From Mariniphaga sp. (GTDB lineage Bacteria > Bacteroidota > Bacteroidia > Bacteroidales > Prolixibacteraceae), in the NCBI GenBank assembly GCA_028702595.1, contig JAQVON010000007.1, forward strand, positions 9,425 to 73,424: a stretch of DNA of 64,000 nucleotides, in the 5' to 3' direction. The translations under genes were made by a program, and so were the position numbers. The notes beneath the pieces were generated by a model. That model did not search any database. It had not been told where the DNA came from and saw only the letters and a program-made list of their open reading frames with translations. Position 1 is the stretch's first letter. Each line of letters starts with the position of its first letter. Below, one piece after another: positions 27,682-37,156 of the stretch.

Positions 27682-28731
27682 TTAAAGATCTAGTGAAAAT
27701 TTGTATGTTGTCGTTTCCTGGAAGGTCTCTCCGGGTTTCAGTAAAGTAGAGGGGAAGTCGGGGTGGTGCACCGAATCGGGATAGTGCTGCGTTTCTAAGG
27801 CAACTCCTGAGTAGGAACCAAATTTTTTTTCGCCCTGGATGGTTAGTTCAGGAATATAGTATCCTGTATAAAGCTGGATAGCTGGTTGGGTTGTGTGAAC
27901 GACTACCATCCGACCGCTGATTTTTTCCCGCAGGGTTCCGGCATAAATGAGTTTCCCTTCGGGATTATCCAGAACAAAATTCGTGTCGTAACCGGTAGGC
28001 AGTTGACTTAATCCGCCAGCCAGTTTTTTGAATCGGCTGAATCCGTAAACTGTTCCTTTTACAGGGATTAATTTCCCCGTTGGGATCAGGTCAACCGATT
28101 CAGTGATCTGTTTGGCAGCAAGTTTTAATTCATGATTCAGTATATTTCTTTTCCCTCCGGTTAAATTAAAATAGGTGTGATTGGAGAGGTTAATCACCGT
28201 TGTCTGGTCCGTCTCTGCCAGATATTCTATGCGTAACTCGTTGTCGTCAGTTACTGTGCATATGCATTTAACCCTTAAATTTCCCGGATAATTTTCTTCC
28301 AGATGGGGGCTCAGGTAAGAAAACTCAATTTGAGAATACCCGTCCCGGCAAGAATGTTTAGCATCCCACAGCTGCCGGTCAAATCCCACAGACCCGCCAT
28401 GCAGATGATTGGGCCCGTTATTTACGACTAACTCATAGGTTTTTCCTTCTATTTCGAGATGACCGTTGGCAATGCGGTTGGCATAGCGGCCAAGAATACA
28501 TCCAAAATAAGGGTAACCTGCCAGGTAATTCTCACTGAGATAGTCCTCCAAATTGTCGAATCCACAAACAATATTTTCAAAATTACCGTGTCTGTCGGGC
28601 ATGGAAATACATGTGATGTTCACACCATAGGAGGAGATTTTTATTTCCAGATTGTTCTTGTTCGTCAGGGTGTAAAGGTGAACAACTCTTCCATCCGGAA
28701 GCTTGCCGAAATTTTCAATTTTAATGCTCAT
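27682..28731 (-). CDS. galM: Aldose 1-epimerase (galactose mutarotase)
   Basis: 349 aa. GRYANRIANG, NGPNHLHGG and LSNHTYFNL are typical mutarotase blocks. Confidence 0.9.
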   Translation of the reverse strand: MSIKIENFGKLPDGRVVHLYTLTNKNNLEIKISSYGVNITCISMPDRHGNFENIVCGFDNLEDYLSENYLAGYPYFGCILGRYANRIANGHLEIEGKTYELVVNNGPNHLHGGSVGFDRQLWDAKHSCRDGYSQIEFSYLSPHLEENYPGNLRVKCICTVTDDNELRIEYLAETDQTTVINLSNHTYFNLTGGKRNILNHELKLAAKQITESVDLIPTGKLIPVKGTVYGFSRFKKLAGGLSQLPTGYDTNFVLDNPEGKLIYAGTLREKISGRMVVVHTTQPAIQLYTGYYIPELTIQGEKKFGSYSGVALETQHYPDSVHHPDFPSTLLKPGETFQETTTYKFSLDL

Positions 28732-28792
28732 TTGGTATCAATAATGTTGGTTATGGTTTAAACCCATAAATGTAATAAAATTCTGTACGCTC

Positions 28793-28837
28793 GCAAAAAT
28801 GCAAAAATTGATCAAGTGAACTGGTAGGTACTGGTAG
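28793..28837. promoter_or_regulatory. Two tandem direct repeats in the divergent galM-operon/regulator intergenic region (candidate operator)
   Basis: GCAAAAAT occurs twice back to back (28793-28808). ACTGGTAG occurs twice separated by GT (28820-28837). A regulatory function is inferred only from position. Confidence 0.25.
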
Positions 28838-28873
28838 TGTTATAGAACATCTTTCATTTTCAGTGTTTATTCT

Positions 28874-28881
28874 TATTTTTG
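28874..28881 (+). promoter_or_regulatory. Candidate Bacteroidota -7 promoter box for the regulator gene
   Basis: TATTTTTG matches the TAnnTTTG consensus and lies 22 nt upstream of the TTG start at 28903. No clear TTTG -33 element is at the expected spacing. Confidence 0.3.
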
Positions 28882-28902
28882 TTTAAAACTTAAACGAAAA
28901 AA

Positions 28903-29907
28903 TTGAAGAAAGTAATCAGGATCAATGAGAAATCGGCACAACCCAAGTACCTTCAAATTATTGAATCGGTATTCAGATCGATTGAAAATGGTTCTTTAAA
29001 AAAGGGAGATAAGGTTCCTTCCATCAATCAGATTTGCTCCTGTTATAATCTGAGTCGCGACACTGTTCTATTCGCATTTGGGAAACTGAAATCAAAAGGC
29101 GTGTTGAGAAGTCAGCCAGGTAAAGGTTACTATATTGCTGCAGTTGAGGCTCATCGTGATGATGAGAAAGTTTTTGTTTTATTTGATGAGCTGAATGCCT
29201 TTAAAGAGGATTTGTACAATTCAATAGTGAATACCCTGAAAGGCAGGGCAGTGGTGGAACTTTATTTTCATCATTTTAATTTCCGTGTTTATAAAAAATT
29301 ATTGTTTGATTGTATAGGAAATTATACCTCCTATGTGATTATGCCTGCAACTTTCGATAATACCAGCACCCTGATTACAAAACTCCCACGCGACAGAGTC
29401 TATATTTTGGATCGACTGAAACCTGATTTGAAAAGTTATCCTGTTGTTTATCAGGATTTCGATAATGATTTTTTCGATGCACTTCAGGCAGGCGCCCCGT
29501 TATTGAAAAAATACAGGAAACTTGTTTTTGTTCATCCGGGCGGAAAAGAACCGGATGAAAGGGTTTTGGGTTTTGTTCGGTATTGTAAAATGAATGATAT
29601 CGTTCACCTGGTCATAAAGTCTGTTGATGAAGTCAGACCGGGACTTTTTGAAGCCTGGTTTCTGACTTCCGACCGGGACCTGGTGCAGCTTGTGAAGATA
29701 GCTAAAGAATATAATTATAAACTGGGAAAAAGTTTTGGAATCGTCTCTTTTAATGATACTATGTTGAAAGAAGTGGTTGCGGAAGGGATTACAACTATTT
29801 CTTCCGATTTTAAAGAAATGGGTAAAACACTAGCTAACATGCTGATGAATTATTCCAATAAGCAGGTACGCAATCCTTCCAGACTCATCATAAGAAAAAG
29901 TTTGTAA
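28903..29907 (+). CDS. Transcriptional regulator, GntR-type winged HTH fused to LacI/periplasmic-binding-like sugar-sensor domain
   Basis: 334 aa with an apparent TTG start. PKYLQIIESVFRSIENGSLKKGDKVPSINQICSCYNLSRDTVLFAFGKLKSKGVLRSQPGKGYYI is a GntR wHTH. The remainder has PBP-like alternating beta/alpha character. Confidence 0.8.
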   Translation: MKKVIRINEKSAQPKYLQIIESVFRSIENGSLKKGDKVPSINQICSCYNLSRDTVLFAFGKLKSKGVLRSQPGKGYYIAAVEAHRDDEKVFVLFDELNAFKEDLYNSIVNTLKGRAVVELYFHHFNFRVYKKLLFDCIGNYTSYVIMPATFDNTSTLITKLPRDRVYILDRLKPDLKSYPVVYQDFDNDFFDALQAGAPLLKKYRKLVFVHPGGKEPDERVLGFVRYCKMNDIVHLVIKSVDEVRPGLFEAWFLTSDRDLVQLVKIAKEYNYKLGKSFGIVSFNDTMLKEVVAEGITTISSDFKEMGKTLANMLMNYSNKQVRNPSRLIIRKSL

Positions 29908-30080
29908 ATGAAACCACAATTTTATTATCAGCAAAACAATGGGGTAGTTGGAGAAGTTTTTTCTTATTTAAAACTATATTTGTTTTTTTTGATTCCTGTT
30001 TTTATGATCAACAGGTTGATATTTAGATATAAAAGAGGAAGTGAATAAATAATTTTAAAGAATAATCTAATCTTATTATT

Positions 30081-31370
30081 ATGGCAGAAATGGATCAGTT
30101 AATTGAAAAAATCAACAGTGGGAATCATCCTTTATTCCGGGAATTTTATGGGCCCGATACAAAGGTGCTTCAGGAGCAGGCAGATAGATATTGCCAACTG
30201 TTAAAGGATTTCAGGAGTACATATGGAACTGGAGAGGTTGAGCTTTTCAGTTCACCCGGGCGTACAGAAATTGGGGGGAATCACACCGATCATAATTATG
30301 GTCGTGTTTTGGCAGGTGCTGTTAACCTGGATAACATTGCAGTTGCTGCGCCTAATGGCAGCAATATTATTCGTGTTAAATCAGCAGGATATCCTGAGTT
30401 TCAGGTCGATTTGACACAGCTGAAAATTGATGAATCTCAATTTTACACCTCAGGTTCTCTGGTTCAGGGGATTTGTGCCAAAATGAAAGAAAAAGGGTAT
30501 AATATTGGCGGATTTGATGCCTGCATTGAAGGCCGGGTTCCCAAGGGATCGGGATTGAGCTCCTCCGCTTCATTTGAAGTACTGATTGGTGCTATCCTGA
30601 ATGAGCTGTTCAATGATGGGAAGATGTCGGCTGTTGAAAATGCCATCATTGGTCAGTGGGCAGAAAACAACTATTTTGGAAAGCCTTGTGGTTTGATGGA
30701 TCAAACGGCATGCTCGGTGGGAGGATTGATAACCATTGATTTTAAAGACCCGGCCAGTCCTGTGGTGAAAGAAATAGACTTCGACTTTGTTGCAACAGGC
30801 TTTTCACTTGTGATTACCGATGTGGGTGGCGGGCATGACGACGCTGCTTCTCAGGCTGAATATGCTTCATTGCCTACCGAGATGAAATCAGTTGCAGCAG
30901 AGCTTGGGGCTAAAGTACTCCGGGAAGTAACCCTGAAACAAATTGTTGAAAATATACCGGATATTCGTAAAAAAACCGGCGACAGGGCTATCCTTCGTGC
31001 CTATCATTTTCAGGGTGATAATCAACGGGTGGCAAACCAGGTCGCTGCTCTTGAAAAGAATGATTTTCAGTCGTTCCTTCATATGGTAATCGAATCAGGA
31101 TATAGCTCATTCATGTATAACCAGAATATTTATGACGTAGTTCATAAACATGAACAGGTCGTTTCACTGGCATTGGCCCTGAGTGAAATGATTCTGAAAG
31201 GCAGTGGTGCCTGGAGAATCCACGGAGGTGGGTTCGGTGGAACAATCCAGGCGTTTGTCCCGCAAAATAAACTGGATGAGTATACCAACACGCTGGAAAA
31301 TGTATATGGGAAGGGCAGTTGCCATAAATTGTTTATCAGAAAGAAAGGAGCCGTTAAGCTTGATCTCTAA
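30081..31370 (+). CDS. galK: Galactokinase
   Basis: 429 aa. It has the galactokinase signature GRTEIGGNHTDHNYG and the GHMP motif PKGSGLSSSASFEVL. Confidence 0.9.
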   Translation: MAEMDQLIEKINSGNHPLFREFYGPDTKVLQEQADRYCQLLKDFRSTYGTGEVELFSSPGRTEIGGNHTDHNYGRVLAGAVNLDNIAVAAPNGSNIIRVKSAGYPEFQVDLTQLKIDESQFYTSGSLVQGICAKMKEKGYNIGGFDACIEGRVPKGSGLSSSASFEVLIGAILNELFNDGKMSAVENAIIGQWAENNYFGKPCGLMDQTACSVGGLITIDFKDPASPVVKEIDFDFVATGFSLVITDVGGGHDDAASQAEYASLPTEMKSVAAELGAKVLREVTLKQIVENIPDIRKKTGDRAILRAYHFQGDNQRVANQVAALEKNDFQSFLHMVIESGYSSFMYNQNIYDVVHKHEQVVSLALALSEMILKGSGAWRIHGGGFGGTIQAFVPQNKLDEYTNTLENVYGKGSCHKLFIRKKGAVKLDL

Positions 31371-31386
31371 AAAGTTTCACTTTTAA

Positions 31387-31546
31387 GAGACTGTTTTAAA
31401 TTTATCCATTTATTCTGTTTTGCGTCTTTTCCACTCATACTGCTGCAAAATTTCCTTAAATAGCTATGGCTATTCGCGTCAATTTTGCCTTGTCTGAGCA
31501 AAAAACAGATCAAAATATATCTAAAAAACAAAATCAAAACAGTCTC
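31387..31546 (+). mobile_element. MITE-like non-autonomous element, copy 3 (160 bp)
   Basis: It has the same termini as the other copies. It is flanked by TAA (31384-31386) and TAA (31547-31549). It lies between galK and the transporter gene. Confidence 0.85.
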
Positions 31547-31657
31547 TAAGGTTTTTTAGAATCAATAATTTTATACTTTTACCGCAACTTAACATTTCTG
31601 AAAGTTCAATCTCAATTATTAATGAAATATTGATTAAACCATTTTAAAGTTATAATT

Positions 31658-33049
31658 ATGAATAAAAGCAAAAGTTATCTTCTGCCAATTATTATGATGA
31701 TCCTGCTTTTTGGTATGATCTCATTTGTTACTAATCTGGCAGCGCCAATGGGCATTGTGTTGAAGAACCAGTTTAATGTACCCAACTCACTGGGGATGTT
31801 GGGGAACCTGGCAAATTTCATTGCTTACGCCGTTATCGGAATTCCCGGAGGAATTCTTCTGCAAAAAGTAGGTTATAAAAAGACCGCTTTAATAGCCATT
31901 GCTGTGGGTTTTGTCGGGGTAGGCATACAATATTTATCCGGGCATGCCGAGAGTTTTGGTGTTTACCTGCTGGGTGCCTTCATTGCCGGATTCTCTATGT
32001 GTTTGTTGAATATTGTTGTAAACCCGATGCTGAATACATTGGGTGGTGGTGGAAATAAAGGGAATCAGCTCATTCAGGTGGGCGGCTCATTCAACTCGGT
32101 GCTGGCCACATTTACTCCTGTATTTGTTGGTATTCTGATTGGAGAAGCTACAAAAGCGAGGATAACTGATGTATTCCCGGTAATGTATATCGCTATGGGT
32201 GTATTTGCCCTGGTGTTCGTTATTCTTTGGATTACATCCATTCCGGAACCTCATGCTGATCAGCCGAAAGAACCTCTTGGAAACCTGATGTCAGGGGCGT
32301 TGAAGTTCCGCCATTTTGTGCTGGGAGCTATTGCCATATTTGTATATGTTGGTGTTGAAGTGGGAACTCCCGGAATTGCGAATTTATACATGACAACCCC
32401 AAGTATTGAAAAATCACAGGAAATTATTGATACCTATAATAGTCAGCCTTCCGCAGTGAGTGAAGATGCCTATGAAACAGCACAAAGAATCGTTGATGGC
32501 AGAGATACTCCCGGCCTGGGTATAGCCACCGGAATTGCCGGAGGAGTTGTTGGCTTCTACTGGTTATTGATGTTGGTTGGCCGGTTGTTCGGCGCTGGCT
32601 TTGGCCATAAAGTTCCAAGCAGAAAGATGTTAAGCTTTGCTTCACTCTTTGGATTATTGCTGGTTATCCTGGCCATCTTCTGGCCGGTTAAGACCATGAT
32701 CTCTATGCCCGCGTTCAGTGTGGGAACTGGTGGATTAACATTTGGAATGGTGCCTGTTCCGATTAAATTTTTCTTCTTAGCGCTGGTTGGATTATGTACC
32801 TCAATTATGTGGGGAAGTATCTTCAATCTTGCTGTTGAAGGATTGGGAAAATACCTGGCTGCTGCCTCTGGTATTTTTATGGTGCTGGTTTGCGGTGGTG
32901 GTATCCTGCCTGCTATTCAGGGATGGCTTGCCGATGTGTTGAACTACGAGATGAGCTACTGGCTGATCGTTGGCGGGTTGGCATATTTGTTGTTCTACGG
33001 AGCTTTGGGAAGCAAGGTAACCAAAAGAGCTGAAGACCTTATTGTTTAA
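31658..33049 (+). CDS. MFS sugar transporter (glucose/galactose or fucose permease GluP/FucP type)
   Basis: 463 aa and about 12 TM helices. The N-terminal region (SFVTNLAAPMGIVLKNQF) and overall pattern resemble FucP/GluP-type permeases. The genomic context is galK. Confidence 0.8.
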   Translation: MNKSKSYLLPIIMMILLFGMISFVTNLAAPMGIVLKNQFNVPNSLGMLGNLANFIAYAVIGIPGGILLQKVGYKKTALIAIAVGFVGVGIQYLSGHAESFGVYLLGAFIAGFSMCLLNIVVNPMLNTLGGGGNKGNQLIQVGGSFNSVLATFTPVFVGILIGEATKARITDVFPVMYIAMGVFALVFVILWITSIPEPHADQPKEPLGNLMSGALKFRHFVLGAIAIFVYVGVEVGTPGIANLYMTTPSIEKSQEIIDTYNSQPSAVSEDAYETAQRIVDGRDTPGLGIATGIAGGVVGFYWLLMLVGRLFGAGFGHKVPSRKMLSFASLFGLLLVILAIFWPVKTMISMPAFSVGTGGLTFGMVPVPIKFFFLALVGLCTSIMWGSIFNLAVEGLGKYLAAASGIFMVLVCGGGILPAIQGWLADVLNYEMSYWLIVGGLAYLLFYGALGSKVTKRAEDLIV

Positions 33050-33116
33050 AAAGAATTGAAATCTGGGTGAAAAGGGAATAAATATGGTTTTCCTCTGCAC
33101 CTGATAAGAAATAGAA

Positions 33117-33147
33117 AGAGCTGTCAGATTGCTGGCAGCTCTTTTTT
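33117..33147. terminator. Rho-independent terminator between convergent transporter and cstA genes
   Basis: An 11-bp stem AGAGCTGTCAG / CTGGCAGCTCT (one G-U pair) closes loop ATTG. TTTTT follows on the plus strand and an A-run precedes the hairpin, so it is usable in both directions. Confidence 0.6.
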
Positions 33148-33164
33148 AATGAATAGTGACCGTT

Positions 33165-34589
33165 TTATGTGTTCTGTTTCCTGAAATAAAACAGGAACAT
33201 TCCAATAGTCAGTAGTGTAATTGCACCTCCAATAAAATAGGAAATATTTCCGGTAAGATGGAATCCCTCCGGTGCCAGAAACAGGTAGGTTGAAATAACC
33301 ATGGTCATAAACAGAGCAGGGATCAGGGTTATCCAATAATTCTTTTTCTCATTCAATAGATAAATCGTGATAGTCCAGAGCACAACAGTGGCTAGTGTCT
33401 GGTTCGACCAGGCAAAATAGCGCCAGATAATATCGAAATTAATTTGTGTCAGATAATACCCAACCATAAACAGAGGGATGCTGATGATCAGTCTGTTTTT
33501 CATGGGGCTTTGTTTGAGGTTCAGAAAGTCGGCCACGATTAAACGTGCACTTCGGAAAGCGGTGTCGCCCGATGTAATGGGAGCGGCTACTACGCCCAGA
33601 AGAGCCAGTACTGCCCCGAGTTTGCCCAGCAACACCTGGGCAGCCTCATTTACTACCCATGCTGCATTCCCCTGGTGTTCATTCATCACATCGTTCAATT
33701 CCCTGATCCCCCCGAAGAAGCTCATGCTGATGGTAGCCCAGATCATGGCCACAACAGCTTCGGTAATCATAGCTCCGTAAAATACCCGCCTTCCCAGCTT
33801 TTCGTTGGTGATGCAACGAGCCATCAAGGGCGATTGAGTGGCATGGAACCCGGAGATAGCGCCACAGGCAATGGTGATGAAGAGCATGGGGAAAATTGGA
33901 AAATCGTCTGCCCGGCTGTGAAAATTTTGCAGGTTTTCCCAGGTTAGCTCGGGAACAGGGTACCCTTTTACAAATAATGCAATGATCAGGCCGGCAGCCA
34001 TAAACAACATGGCAAACCCGAAAACAGGATAGATGCGCCCTATGAGCTTATTGATGGGTAACAAGGTGGAAAGAACATAGTAGGCAAAAACCACCCATAC
34101 CCAGAAGGTCATAGTTGCATAATCGGGGGTCAGTCCGGCAAGGATTTTTGCAGGTCCCATAATAAAAACCGCACCCACCATGACCATCAACATCACAGTA
34201 AACCCACGCATCACCTGTTTGGTGAAATTTCCCATGTAAATTCCAACAATTTCTGTGATGCTCAGGCCATTGTGCTTGATGGAGAGCATACCGGAGAAAT
34301 AGTCATGTACCGCTCCGGCAAATACGGATCCAAGAATAATCCACAGGTAGGCAACAGGCCCCCACATAGCACCGGCAACAGCACCGAATATGGGCCCAAG
34401 GCCGGCAATATTTAAAAACTGAATGAGAAAAACTTTCCACCAGGCCATGGGCATATAATCCACATTGTCGGTCATGGAGTTTGCCGGTGTCACTCTTTGG
34501 GCATCTGCCCCATATATACGTTCAATATACCGGGAATAGATAAAATACCCGGCAATAAGAATGGCAATTGAGATGAGTAGTGTGGTCAT
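33165..34589 (-). CDS. cstA: Carbon starvation protein A family transporter
   Basis: 474 aa and polytopic. The N-terminus MTTLLISIAILIAGYFIYSRYIERIYG and FLNIAGLGPIFGAVAGAMWGP are typical of CstA. Confidence 0.8.
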   Translation of the reverse strand: MTTLLISIAILIAGYFIYSRYIERIYGADAQRVTPANSMTDNVDYMPMAWWKVFLIQFLNIAGLGPIFGAVAGAMWGPVAYLWIILGSVFAGAVHDYFSGMLSIKHNGLSITEIVGIYMGNFTKQVMRGFTVMLMVMVGAVFIMGPAKILAGLTPDYATMTFWVWVVFAYYVLSTLLPINKLIGRIYPVFGFAMLFMAAGLIIALFVKGYPVPELTWENLQNFHSRADDFPIFPMLFITIACGAISGFHATQSPLMARCITNEKLGRRVFYGAMITEAVVAMIWATISMSFFGGIRELNDVMNEHQGNAAWVVNEAAQVLLGKLGAVLALLGVVAAPITSGDTAFRSARLIVADFLNLKQSPMKNRLIISIPLFMVGYYLTQINFDIIWRYFAWSNQTLATVVLWTITIYLLNEKKNYWITLIPALFMTMVISTYLFLAPEGFHLTGNISYFIGGAITLLTIGMFLFYFRKQNT

Positions 34590-34599
34590 TGTATTCCAT

Positions 34600-36036
34600 T
34601 TAATTTTTAGTTACTCTCCCAGGTTGCCGGCGGTTTTTCCCCGGGATGTCTTTTAATTCATCACCCAGGTCTTCCCGTGCTTCATGGGCGATTTTTTCCA
34701 GTTCCCGAACAATTTCAGGGTGTGATTCGCTTACGTCATAACGCTCTCCCGGGTCACGTCGAAGATCATACAATCCTCCTTCAAACAAATAGTTTCCGTT
34801 TACCTTCCCGGGCAACCCGTCATTCCCCGGCTGAAAACCTTCATATGTTCTTCCGGGGTGGGGTAAAACCAGCTTCCAGTGATTAGTCCGGACAGCCTCC
34901 AGACTGTTTTGACGGTAGTAATAGTAAAAAGATTTCCGCGGGTGTACATTGAAATTTCCCTGGAGAAGGGGCAACAGGTTTACCCCGTCAATTTTATTTT
35001 CTGGAAGTGGTGCTCCGGAAACCGAAGCTAGTGTGGGAAGAATGTCAATGCTGGAAGCCAGGTTGTTGCAAACGGTGCTTTCGGGGATCACTCCTTTCCA
35101 CATCATCAGACAGGGGATACGCTGCCCGCCTTCAAAAGAAGTGCCTTTCCCTTCACGTAACCCGGCAGTACTGCCGGCATGATTGCCGTAATTCAACCAG
35201 GGGCCGTTGTCGGAGGTAAAGATTACCAGCGTGTTTCCGACTAACCCGGTTTCTTCCAGCGTTTGGATAATCTGTCCGACACTCCAGTCAATCTCCATCA
35301 TGACATCACCATATAAACCTTGTGCCGACTTCCCTTTGAATTTATCAGATACATGCAATGGAACATGCGGCATGGGGTGGGGCAGGTAAACAAAAAACGG
35401 CTGCTTTTGGTTACGCTTGATAAAATCAACTGTGCGAAGCGTGAAATCAGTTGTAAACTGTTCCTGGTCAGCCGGTGTAACCGCCGGGTTAATGATGGAA
35501 TCATTCTCAAAAAGAGGCAGGTCAGGGAAAACATTCGGTCCACTCGGATGGTATGGCCACATGTCATTGGAGTATGGAATCCCGTAGAATTCATCAAATC
35601 CGTGATGAATGGGCAGAAATTGTTGCTGGAACCCTAAATGCCATTTCCCAAATATGGCAGTAGCATATCCCTTTTTCTTCAGTACCTCGGCGATGGTCTC
35701 TTCTTCATCAGAAATGCCGGTGAGCGACCTGTGGCTTAACGCACCTGAAAAACCAATCCGGTTGGGATAACAACCAGTGAGCAACCCTGCACGGGAAGCA
35801 CTGCAAACTGCCTGAGGTGAATAGAAATGGGTGAAAAACATGCCATTGGTGGCCATCCGGTCCAAATTGGGAGTGGAATACCCTGTCGCCCCGGTAAGGG
35901 ACAGGTCTCCATAACCCATATCGTCAAGATAGATCAGGACGATATTGGGTAACTGACTTTTTTCTTCGTCAGCTTGCTGTGTGCACGATGCGAAGAGCAA
36001 AAATAAAATTGTTGAGAATAGTGTTGTTCCCTTCAT
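34600..36036 (-). CDS. Sulfatase (S1 family, arylsulfatase A-like), lipoprotein
   Basis: 478 aa with signal ...LLFASC. It has NIVLIYLDDMGYGDL and the FGly motif CSASRAGLLTG. Confidence 0.9.
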   Translation of the reverse strand: MKGTTLFSTILFLLFASCTQQADEEKSQLPNIVLIYLDDMGYGDLSLTGATGYSTPNLDRMATNGMFFTHFYSPQAVCSASRAGLLTGCYPNRIGFSGALSHRSLTGISDEEETIAEVLKKKGYATAIFGKWHLGFQQQFLPIHHGFDEFYGIPYSNDMWPYHPSGPNVFPDLPLFENDSIINPAVTPADQEQFTTDFTLRTVDFIKRNQKQPFFVYLPHPMPHVPLHVSDKFKGKSAQGLYGDVMMEIDWSVGQIIQTLEETGLVGNTLVIFTSDNGPWLNYGNHAGSTAGLREGKGTSFEGGQRIPCLMMWKGVIPESTVCNNLASSIDILPTLASVSGAPLPENKIDGVNLLPLLQGNFNVHPRKSFYYYYRQNSLEAVRTNHWKLVLPHPGRTYEGFQPGNDGLPGKVNGNYLFEGGLYDLRRDPGERYDVSESHPEIVRELEKIAHEAREDLGDELKDIPGKNRRQPGRVTKN

Positions 36037-36216
36037 AGCCTTGGTTTTTTTATGATTAAATTTATTCTGTATGCTTTTCGAAAAACTAAAAGAACAATTG
36101 TTTAACAGAACAGGTGAATGTTGCTTTGTTCAGTAGTTGTTTAACCACACGAATAGTTTGAAAAAAGAGGGGAAAGATATAAAACATAGCCATGTTTTAC
36201 AACAATTTTTTAATAA

Positions 36217-36375
36217 GAGACTGTTTTGATTTTGTTTTTTAGAAATATTTTGATCTGTTTTTGCTCAGACAAGGCAAAATTGACGCGAATAGCCATAGCT
36301 ATTTAAGGAAATTTTGCAGCAGTATGAGTGAAAAAGACACAAAATAGAATAAATGGGTAAATTTAAAACAGTCTC
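36217..36375 (-). mobile_element. MITE-like non-autonomous element, copy 4 (159 bp, inverted relative to the others)
   Basis: Its reverse complement aligns end to end with copies 1-3 and 5. It is flanked by TAA (36214-36216) and TAA (36376-36378). Confidence 0.85.
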
Positions 36376-36503
36376 TAAGATTAGCATGAATTCTTTTTAA
36401 AAATCGATGATGGAAATCTCTATTTTAGGGGAGATGGCAAGCATTGGGGCATGATTGGTGTTACACCGGAAAATGAAAAACTTCCCGGGTGTGTGGAAAG
36501 GGC

Positions 36504-37154
36504 TCAGTTTTCAGGGGCTGAGGATTTCCGTAAAATTTGTAAGCTGCCGGGTCCCTCGTTAAAGAGCAGGTCGAGGATGCTTAAATTGGGAATAAAGCCA
36601 GTCCTTTCATGAAATACCTGCGTATATTCCACCGGGTTAAACAGGGGATCTTCCCATGCTTTTTGCTTTTTAGGAGAAAGAGCTTCCCTGAAATTTAGGG
36701 TGTGTTCAGGAACAGCTTCAAATGCTTCCGTCAAAACAGACCTGTTTTCTATTTCGAGTAAGTTACATATTGTATTCAGGGCTTCCAGATTGAAGTCGAG
36801 GAGATATTTTCCCCGTTTTTCAAAAAAGGGTTGCAGGTCGTCGCTGTAATACTCAAAAAAAGGTGAAGAGTTGTAAGCTGAAAAGATGGTGCGCCAATGG
36901 TTGCGCTGCCACTCCGTGTCGTAAGAAATTTGCAGGTCTTTGATGCCGGTTTTCTGAGTGCGGCCTTTCACTACCGGAACAATGAGTGAAACAGGGCCGT
37001 TTGCTCCTGAAATGACACACCTGTTTCGAAAGGTTTGTTTGGAGAAATTTTCAAACTGTTCAATATAAACATGTTCATAAAGAACCAGTTTTGAAATGTA
37101 TTGAACCGGTGGAAAAAATGCTGTACTCAGAAGAATTGCCTGATCTTGGAACAT
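36504..37154 (-). CDS. WbqC family protein
   Basis: 216 aa. The segment from FFPPVQYISKLVLYEHVYIEQFENFSKQTFRNRCVI through NGPVSLIVPV matches the WbqC-like family pattern. Confidence 0.75.
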   Translation of the reverse strand: MFQDQAILLSTAFFPPVQYISKLVLYEHVYIEQFENFSKQTFRNRCVISGANGPVSLIVPVVKGRTQKTGIKDLQISYDTEWQRNHWRTIFSAYNSSPFFEYYSDDLQPFFEKRGKYLLDFNLEALNTICNLLEIENRSVLTEAFEAVPEHTLNFREALSPKKQKAWEDPLFNPVEYTQVFHERTGFIPNLSILDLLFNEGPGSLQILRKSSAPEN

Positions 37155-37156
37155 GT

